The notes under the pieces were generated by a model. It was not told where the DNA came from. It made no database searches and worked only from the letters and a program-made list of their open reading frames with translations. Made by a program: the position numbers and the translations under genes. Shown here piece after piece: positions 1-6,470 of a stretch of DNA of 8,006 nucleotides; the first letter of the stretch is position 1; every line of letters starts with the position of its first letter. This DNA comes from Octopus sinensis (lineage: Eukaryota), in assembly GCF_006345805.1 (NCBI RefSeq), contig NW_021828563.1:1-8006 (forward strand). The letters run 5' to 3'.

Positions 1-11
1 ATATACACATA

Positions 12-295
12 CAAGGTGTGTAAGCTATTTGAGGATATACCTTTTTGGGGGTCATTGCTGCATTTTTTGCTAACTCCTGCAACTGTCATAATTTTAGGGG
101 TTGTCAGCAATGAAGGACATGTGATGCCTCTTTACTTCTTTCCATGGGGCCTTAGAGTTAACTCTTCCACCTACATTGAAGTCCTCAAAATAATTAAAGC
201 CCTGGATATGCAATGGAAGGCCATATGTGTCTCGATTAGACTCTGCACTATCACACATGGCTCTTGTAACATAAGAATGGATGGCTGAAAATGCT
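12..295 (+). mobile_element. Dead Tc1/mariner DNA transposon remnant (maT/DD37D-like), internally deleted
   Basis: Frame 1 from 76 reads PATVIILGVVSNEGHVMPLYFFPWGLRVNSSTYIEVLKII. After a frameshift at ~196, frame 2 reads KPWICNGRPYVSRLDSALSHMALVT*EWMAEN (D codon 239-241, stop 272-274). This matches the mariner catalytic core around the second Asp (QQDSAPxH) and aligns with the copy at 4347-4616. A putative 5' end TA|CAAGGTGTG lies at 10-20 (less certain). Confidence 0.85.
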
Positions 296-875
296 CATAT
301 TTCGAGCATTTAACAACAATATGTGCTTTCGATAAAACAGCTGCTCCCGCAAAGCAAATTAAATACAATTTGGGATTTTGCGGAGGGTCAAAATTGGTAA
401 CACAAACAGGACAGTGAAAACAAACAGGAAGTCCAGTTTAACTAAGCCACCGCATGCTACTTGTATATCGAGTCCCTCTTTGACTAAAGAGCAAAAGAGT
501 ACCAAGAGTAAACAAAAACTGTCCAGCATCGGCGGTGTTATCAAACATAACAGACTCTCATGTTTTCGATTGACGCAACCCAATCCTCTTTGCTCGAAAC
601 TGTATCCACCGCTATGTACCTCTAACCTTCATCCCTGTCCCTGTATCTCTCTTCCTCTTTCCCTACTCCCACTCTCTCATTCCACACATCCCCCTCCTTA
701 TTTCCCATCTACTGTTGTTACTTCTGGTCTCTTTAACAACTTACTTCTACATCAGATGCTATCTCAAGACGAATGCTGCAGTATGAAGGCCTTATACAAT
801 TAATGCATCCTTGTTTAGGAAGAAACACAGCATCGTCTTCGGTGTCAATACTGCAACCGTCTCTAATAACTAATA

Positions 876-1136
876 GGCGCAGGAGTGGCTGTGTGGTTAG
901 GGAGCTTGCTTCCCAACCACATGGTTCCGGGTTCAGTCCCGCTGCGTGGCACTTTGGGCAAGTGTCTTCTACTATAGCCTCGGGCTGACCAAAACCATGT
1001 AAGTGGATTTGGTAGACGGAAACTGAAAGAAGCCCGTTGTATATATGTATATATATGTATATGTTTGTGCGTCTGTGATTGTTCTCCCACCATCGCTTGA
1101 CAATCGATGTTCGTGTATTTACGTTCCCGTAACTTA
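876..1136 (+). mobile_element. tRNA-derived SINE with CORE-like central segment (octopus OR-type family, from recall)
   Basis: A-box-like TGGCTGTGTGG at 886-896 and B-box-like GGTTCAGTCCC at 930-940. The following CACTTTGGGCAAGTGTCTT resembles the CORE domain (GACCTTGGGCAAGTCACTT). It has an internal TA/TG run and ends in the (TA)n tract. A second, inverted copy lies at 5874-6008. Confidence 0.88.
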
Positions 1137-1147
1137 TATATGATATA

Positions 1148-1195
<48 letters not shown>

Positions 1196-1248
1196 ATGTG
1201 TATGAATATATATATATTATATATATATATGTATAAGAATGCGTATGA

Positions 1249-1297
<49 letters not shown>

Positions 1298-1552
1298 AAT
1301 ATATATTATATATATATAATATATATATATATACATATATATACATATATCTGAATATGTACATATGATATTTATTAATATGTGCGTGTGTAATACTCAT
1401 ATATACATACGTATATATACATTATGTATGGATGTTATATACATATATACATATCTACACTCCACATCAATACATGTGTACAGGCATACACGCACATACC
1501 CTGACACACACACACAGAACCCACCCCTCCCAACAAAACACACACACACAGG
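1137..1552. repeat. Imperfect (TA)n microsatellite grading into TA/CA low-complexity sequence
   Basis: Read directly. It includes a duplicated AGAATG(T/C)GTATGAATATATATAT block at 1193 and 1236. Confidence 0.95.
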
Positions 1553-1900
1553 GTTAGTATACATGTTGCCACTCAAACAACACGATAGACATATCATTGA
1601 CCTCTGGCAGTTGTTCGCTTAAACAAAAGTCGACGTTTCCGTGGAGGGACCACAGTCGTAGTGGACAACAGGAGGGGCCATTTGAAATGTGTTCACTTGT
1701 TGACAGGTCCAGGGCTGTGAAGTGATAAATCACACACTCGTTTTGGGGTCTACACCATTCCAACATCACAATTCTTCGAAGAAATCACAGACACTTGGAG
1801 ATTTAGCGCAGTAAATTTAGCCAATTTGCTCTTCTGACACCCATTGATATATTTTCATGGAGACGGCTTTGGAAATTGTCAGATTGGATAGCTGGGTGGG

Positions 1901-2090
1901 TATGTATGTATGTATGTATGTATGTATGTATGTATGTATGTATGTATGTATGTATGTATGTATGTATGCATGTATGCATGTATGTGTGTATGTATGTATG
2001 CATGTATGTGTGTATGTATGTATGCATGTATGTGTTTATGTATGTATATATTTACATATATGTATATATATGTATGTACGAATGTATGTA
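1901..2090. repeat. (TATG)n tetranucleotide microsatellite with a 24-bp higher-order unit
   Basis: Pure TATG runs from 1901, followed by CATGTATGTGTGTATGTATGTATG at 1977, 2001 and (2 mismatches) 2025. Confidence 0.97.
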
Positions 2091-2129
2091 TTACATATAT
2101 ATATATATGTCTGTCTATCTGTCTATCTG

Positions 2130-2226
<97 letters not shown>

Positions 2227-2246
2227 TATATATATTATATATATAA
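2091..2246. repeat. Compound (TA)n/(TCTG,TCTA)n/(TA)n microsatellite
   Basis: Read directly. Confidence 0.97.
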
Positions 2247-2362
2247 TCTTCTCAGTATTCGATTAGTTTTGACTTTTGTTAAAGCCATCGTCAGGACTCG
2301 ATTACTTTATCTTGCTTAAAAAACATATAAACTTAAAACGTTTTAACGTATGAAGCAAATTT

Positions 2363-2369
2363 ACACACA

Positions 2370-2412
<43 letters not shown>

Positions 2413-2437
2413 CTACATACACGCACTATATATATAT
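2363..2437. repeat. (CA)n microsatellite with short TA tail
   Basis: Read directly. Confidence 0.95.
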
Positions 2438-2450
2438 GAACATATGTACA

Positions 2451-2650
2451 GCTGGCAGAATCGTTACTGGAAGAAGTACTTTTGTCCGTCTTTAAGTTCT
2501 GAAATCAAATTCTGCTGAAGTCGACTTTACTTTTCCTCCTTTCGGGGTCAATAACATAAGTACGAGTTGAAACCTGTTGTCGATGTAATCGACTTACTCA
2601 CCTCCCTCCCATGAAATTGCTGGCATTGTGCCAAAATATGAAACCAGTAT
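2451..2650 (+). mobile_element. tRNA-derived SINE, second family (central segment resembling the Meta domain, from recall)
   Basis: A-box-like TGGCAGAATCG at 2453-2463 and a decayed B box near 2500-2512. Central segment GTCGACTTTACTTTTCCTCCTTTCGGGGTCAATAACATAAGTAC; small hairpin GTCGAT-GTA-ATCGAC at 2579-2593. An inverted homologue lies at 3244-3351. Confidence 0.8.
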
Positions 2651-2708
2651 TAATTCCTTCAGGTTCTGCTTTTTACTTCGGCAAAAAATTGATATTCTAA
2701 GTGTTTGG

Positions 2709-2982
2709 CTGTTTTAATACCAACTATTTGAAACCGCCTCTGGTTTTATGACACAAACTTCCTAATTTAAAGAGATCTAAATTAAAATTTTATGTTAATT
2801 TATGCTTCATTAAATTTTATGTTAATTTATGTTTCATTAAAATTTTATGTCAATTTATGCTTCATTAAATTTTATGTTAATTTATGTTTCAAACCTTAGG
2901 TTAACATGATAAAGTTGTTTTATTAAATTCTTCATTTTCAAAAAAACTGAAACAAGGACAGTATAATAACAAAAGGGTTTAA
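2709..2982. mobile_element. Probable AT-rich piggyBac-type MITE, left terminus decayed
   Basis: The right end CAAAAGGG|TTTAA (2970-2982) resembles piggyBac termini (CCC...GGG with TTAA target). The body matches my recollection of an abundant octopus MITE. The left TIR is poorly preserved, so in-window support is partial. Confidence 0.5.
2781..2890. repeat. AT-rich tandem repeat, 4 units of 28/27/28/27 bp (55-bp dimer x2)
   Basis: Units start at 2781, 2809, 2836 and 2864. Units 2 and 4 are identical; units 1 and 3 differ at one base. Confidence 0.95.
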
Positions 2983-3110
2983 GATTGTTGGTAGGGCCTC
3001 AACTCCGGATGGAATTGTAGGGCACCGCGTGATACAAAGCACGTCTTGGGCATTTTATAAAATCTTTCTGAGACCATTTCTAAATATGGCGGATTTTTTC
3101 CAGACAGAAA

Positions 3111-3122
3111 GCGCGCGCGTAC

Positions 3123-3156
<34 letters not shown>

Positions 3157-3190
3157 TTAAAAGAGAGAGGGGAGAGAGAAAAAGAAAAGA
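3111..3190. repeat. (GC)4-(GT)n alternating tract followed by a GA-rich run
   Basis: Read directly. Confidence 0.93.
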
Positions 3191-3243
3191 CTGAGTGAGG
3201 ATGAGTGAGTGTATGTGACAGCAGACTCTACCTCCCTATTTGC

Positions 3244-3351
3244 CTGGTACCTTATCAGTCCCAAAGGACGGAATGCAAAATTGACCCCGACGGAATTTCA
3301 TCTCAGATCGCTGAAAGCCAGAACAAAAATTCCCACGAAACAACCTCTGCC
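3244..3351 (-). mobile_element. Degenerate fragment of the 2451-2650 SINE family, inverted
   Basis: CTGGTACCTTATCAGTCCCAAAGGACGGAATGCAAAATTGACCCCGACGGAATTTCATCTCAG aligns by eye with the reverse complement of 2495-2566 (CTCGTACTTATGTTATTGACCCCGAAAGGAGGAAAAGTAAAGTCGACTTCAGCAGAATTTGATTTCAG). Confidence 0.72.
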
Positions 3352-3855
3352 TTATTCTTACGACTTTGCCAAAGGGCCAACTCTCTTTAAAAGTACAATG
3401 ACCAAATTTGGAACCGGAGTACAGAGGTTATAAAATGGATGGTCACGGATGAACAAGAAACCAAACTACAACAAAGTCCAGCTAAACACAAAACAACCGG
3501 AAATAGAGGCTGGACAATAGCTTAGTGTTAGAGTGACCTGTCTAGACAGAATAACTGACCACTGTCCATCTGTTAGACACACTTTTGACACATAAATGGA
3601 CAAAGGGATTTTAATTGCTTCTCCGTTTAACAAGTCACAGTTGTTATTTCCGGTGAAAAGACTAATCAGGATTAGGTTAAAGGTTGATATAAGATTAAAG
3701 ATAATTGGAGAGACGTGTAACGGTGATTAAAGAGTAAAGAGAGGCGATCGCTGTCCAGCGTTGGGCATTTCTTTCCTCGTGTCCGAAGAAACTGCTTCGT
3801 TCATGCTGTCACGCTAATGTGGCCGAAGGGTGGACACTGTGTCAAGTTTTTTTAT

Positions 3856-3990
3856 TAATTTTTACTGGCCGAAAACAGGAGCAACGCGAAGAAATGTCCC
3901 TTACCTAAAGAAATAATATATCACTCAGATCAGGAATCGAAACCGTCACCTTCTGATCGATAGCCCAGTTTCCTAACCATTAAGCTAAGT
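3856..3990 (-). mobile_element. tRNA(Arg)-like-headed SINE, degenerate
   Basis: On the minus strand: perfect A box TAGCTTAATGG (3987-3977) and B-box variant GTTTCGATTCC (3943-3933). CTGGGCTATCGATCAGAAG resembles the tRNA-Arg anticodon arm CTGACTACGGATCAGAAG. There is no acceptor stem, and the sequence continues into a SINE-like body. Confidence 0.75.
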
Positions 3991-4094
3991 AAAAGTAATA
4001 TAGTGAGGATCAAATAAAATGTATTTGTTGGGAGTTCATCAATATATAGATGTATACACACACTCATATACATACTCACATGTAGATATAAAAA

Positions 4095-4122
4095 TGTGTG
4101 TATATATATATATATGTGTGTA

Positions 4123-4172
<50 letters not shown>

Positions 4173-4248
4173 ATATATATAATATATATATAATACACAC
4201 TCTTATATATTATATATATATACAATATATATAATATATATATATATA

Positions 4249-4297
<49 letters not shown>

Positions 4298-4339
4298 TAT
4301 ACATATATATATATATACACATATATATTTGTATATATG
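4095..4339. repeat. Imperfect (TA)n/(TG)n microsatellite
   Basis: Read directly. It abuts the truncated end of the mariner remnant. Confidence 0.95.
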
Positions 4340-4346
4340 TCTGGTA

Positions 4347-4833
4347 GTCAGGGGTGATGTGGTCGCAGAAATTGCGTGACAACCATGACTGGGTCCTCCT
4401 GCCTGTGTGATATAGTGCAGAGTCCTGTTACCAGATATAGTGCCTTTCAGCAGCCACCCTCTTTACCCAGGGCAGCACTACTTCCTCCAAGCACTTGATG
4501 TAGACTTCCGTGTTGAGTGTGAGGCCGTGTGGGAAGATGACTGGAGACCTAACGTTGCCATCACTAGTGATCACTCCAAACACCATAATGTTGACTGGAT
4601 GTTTGATTTTCACCACTCTCGGTACATGCCCTCAGATTGCACGAATGCCAAGCAGCACAGCATGTCGTTTCCGAATTTCTGGCAGAGTGAATTGCGTCAC
4701 GGTGCTGTTTTTCTCACAGACAGTGCCCAAATGAGCCTACCATACTATGTAGTCGAAAAAATCAAAAACAAACGATGTGCATGTGCGAAATTAAAAATAT
4801 AACCTGGCGACAATTTACCCATCGCACCCAGTG
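4347..4833 (-). mobile_element. Dead Tc1/mariner transposon (maT/DD37D-like) with 5' TIR, internal deletion and 3' truncation
   Basis: Minus-strand 5' end TA|CACTGGGTGCGATGGGTAAATTGTCGCC (TA at 4834-4835). One frame from 4700 reads VTQFTLPEIRKRHAVLLGIRAI*GHVPRVVKIKHPVNIMVFGVITSDGNVRSPVIFPHGLTLNTEVYIKCLEEVVLPWVKRVAAERHYIW*QDSALYHTGRRTQSWLSRNFCDHITPD. The second catalytic Asp is at 4422-4424 with an in-frame stop at 4428-4430. The first Asp, the HTH domain and the third Asp are absent. Confidence 0.9.
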
Positions 4834-4850
4834 TATTATACATGTTTATA

Positions 4851-4931
4851 CATAAGAATAAAGGAACATGGAGACAAACGTTCAAGAAATAACACCTTAA
4901 GCGTTTGACTCCATTTTCCATTCTTCTTATG
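4851..4931. other. Long imperfect inverted repeat (36-bp arms, 9-nt loop); candidate pre-miRNA or mini-MITE
   Basis: 4851-4886 pairs without gaps with 4931-4896: 30 Watson-Crick pairs, 1 G:U and 5 single mismatches; loop AAATAACAC. Confidence refers to the structure, not to a function. Confidence 0.92.
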
Positions 4932-5400
4932 TTCTCCAAAACGTGTCTCACTTCTCCTCGGAATTAACTCCCACGCAAATGTGATTTCCAATTCCTTGGG
5001 CGCTTATGTGACATTTGGCGACCTTGTAACTTCTTTTGGGATCTTTGCTTCTAAATTGAACATTCTTGGTAATACATACATATTTATACATGTTTAAACG
5101 ACAACGAAGCACGCATAAAATAATGTAGACCAAAAAACTAGGTCTGAATGAAAGTTGGAACGGTCACGGATGGAGCAACTTTGATCATAGGGGTGTTGGA
5201 TCAAGGCGAACTTGGCGATAGAAGGTTATAATTGAAGTCTAGTTTCGATTCTCGGTTGAAGATAATTTGTTTTTTGTCATGAGTGGTCTATGTCTTTGGG
5301 TAAGTGATGAACGCCACAGCATCGTGTTTCCGATTCATCCCAAAATAAGAAATCGATAAATCTGGCAAATCAATCGTCTCTCATCATTTTGGTGATTATG

Positions 5401-5498
5401 GTTTTTGTTGTTGTTGTTCTTCTTCTTCTTGTTATTGCTGTTTTGTCATCGTCGTCGTCGTCATCATCGTCGTCGTCGTCGTCGGCGTCATTGTTGTT
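5401..5498. repeat. Compound trinucleotide microsatellite (GTT/CTT/TCG/TCA)
   Basis: Read directly. Confidence 0.92.
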
Positions 5499-5597
5499 CT
5501 CAGTTCAGCACCAATTGTCTGATGAGGTCAAAGTCCGAAGACTTAGTTATCTCTGCATGTGGAAAGGTCAACAAATGGTGAATAGACCGACATGACT

Positions 5598-5873
5598 TAC
5601 CACCGCCGCCGCCACCGCCGCCGCCACCACCACCACCACCACCACCACCACAACTACTACTACTACTACTACTACTATTTCAACCACCACCACCACCACC
5701 ACCACCCTACTACTACTACTACTACTACTACTATTTCAACCACCAGCACCACTACTACTACTACTACTACTACTGCTACTACATCTACGAATAGCCGCAT
5801 CTGCACTACTACGCAGCGATAGATACGAACACCCGATGTCTTCATTACCACCACCACCACCACCACCACCACC
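5598..5873. repeat. Compound trinucleotide microsatellite (CCG/CCA/CTA)
   Basis: Read directly. It contains a repeated (CTA)8-9 TTTCAA (CCA)n block. Confidence 0.95.
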
Positions 5874-6008
5874 TTCCGCCTCCCGCATCCATTGATAGGG
5901 ATTTGGTCGGCCAGGGATTGCAGTACAAGACATTTACCAGGCACTAGGATTGAACTCTGAAGCTTGTGGTTGGGAAAGCAAACTTCTTACCACATAGCCA
6001 CACCTGCA
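5874..6008 (-). mobile_element. Degenerate 5' part of the 876-1136 SINE family, inverted
   Basis: Minus strand GCAGGTGTGGCTATGTGGTAAGAAGTTTGCTTTCCCAACCACAAGCTTCAGAGTTCAATCC...TGTCTTGTACTGCAATCCCTGGCCGACCAAA aligns with 879-995, with a ~10-bp deletion in the CORE-like part. Confidence 0.85.
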
Positions 6009-6010
6009 TA

Positions 6011-6012
<2 letters not shown>

Positions 6013-6073
<61 letters not shown>

Positions 6074-6077
6074 CTAC

Positions 6078-6115
<38 letters not shown>

Positions 6116-6132
6116 GACTGTCTGTCTGTCTT

Positions 6133-6195
<63 letters not shown>
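6013..6195. repeat. Compound (TC)n/(TATC)n/(TGTC)n/(TC)n microsatellite
   Basis: Read directly. The long (TC)n homopurine-homopyrimidine tracts are triplex-prone in principle. Confidence 0.97.
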
Positions 6196-6196
<1 letters not shown>

Positions 6197-6272
6197 GCTA
6201 TCTACGAACACACATACACACAATGTGTGTATAGGTATGTACAAACATTTGTGTTTGTTTTGTCCCACACCA

Positions 6273-6462
6273 CATGCGTACGTTCACACACACACACGCA
6301 TGCGTACGTTCACACACACACACACCACCACACATGCGTACGTTCACACACACACACACACATGCGTACGTTCACACACACACACGCATGCGTACGTTCA
6401 CACACACACACGCATGCGTACGTTCACACACACACACATGCGTACGTTCACACACACACGCG
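6273..6462. repeat. Minisatellite: 7 copies of CATGCGTACGTT separated by variable (CA)n
   Basis: Cores start at 6273, 6299, 6333, 6361, 6387, 6413 and 6437. Confidence 0.97.
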
Positions 6463-6470
6463 TCACAAAA

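Noticed and set aside
630-765. Long polypyrimidine tract ending in CAG|ATG as a splice acceptor
   Set aside because: No convincing donor or coding exon follows, and the downstream sequence looks like an interspersed repeat.
378-803. 141-aa ORF, longest non-repeat ORF in the track
   Set aside because: No recognisable domain, non-ATG start, and it runs through a pyrimidine-rich low-complexity tract.
1134-2266. ORFs rich in YI, MYVC, HTYI and YLSI
   Set aside because: These are translations of (TA)n, (TATG)n and (TCTA)n microsatellites, which lack stops in some frames.
2333-2346. 14-bp palindrome TTAAAACGTTTTAA (also ATTTTATAAAAT at 3052-3063 and 7-bp inverted repeats at 714-740 and 3476-3515)
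   Set aside because: These are expected by chance in 8 kb of AT-rich DNA.
3925-3995. Functional tRNA gene (likewise 6662-6735 and 876-945)
   Set aside because: A and B boxes are present, but there is no acceptor stem, the arms are broken, and each continues into a SINE body.
4440-4802. 120-aa plus-strand ORF
   Set aside because: It is the antisense read of the minus-strand mariner remnant.
5297-5305. Perfect donor TGG|GTAAGT
   Set aside because: No matching acceptor or coding exon is identifiable upstream; a single 6-mer is at chance level.
6273-6462. CRISPR-like array (constant repeat plus variable spacer)
   Set aside because: The repeat is only 12 bp, the spacers are just (CA)n, there are no cas genes, and the context is eukaryotic.
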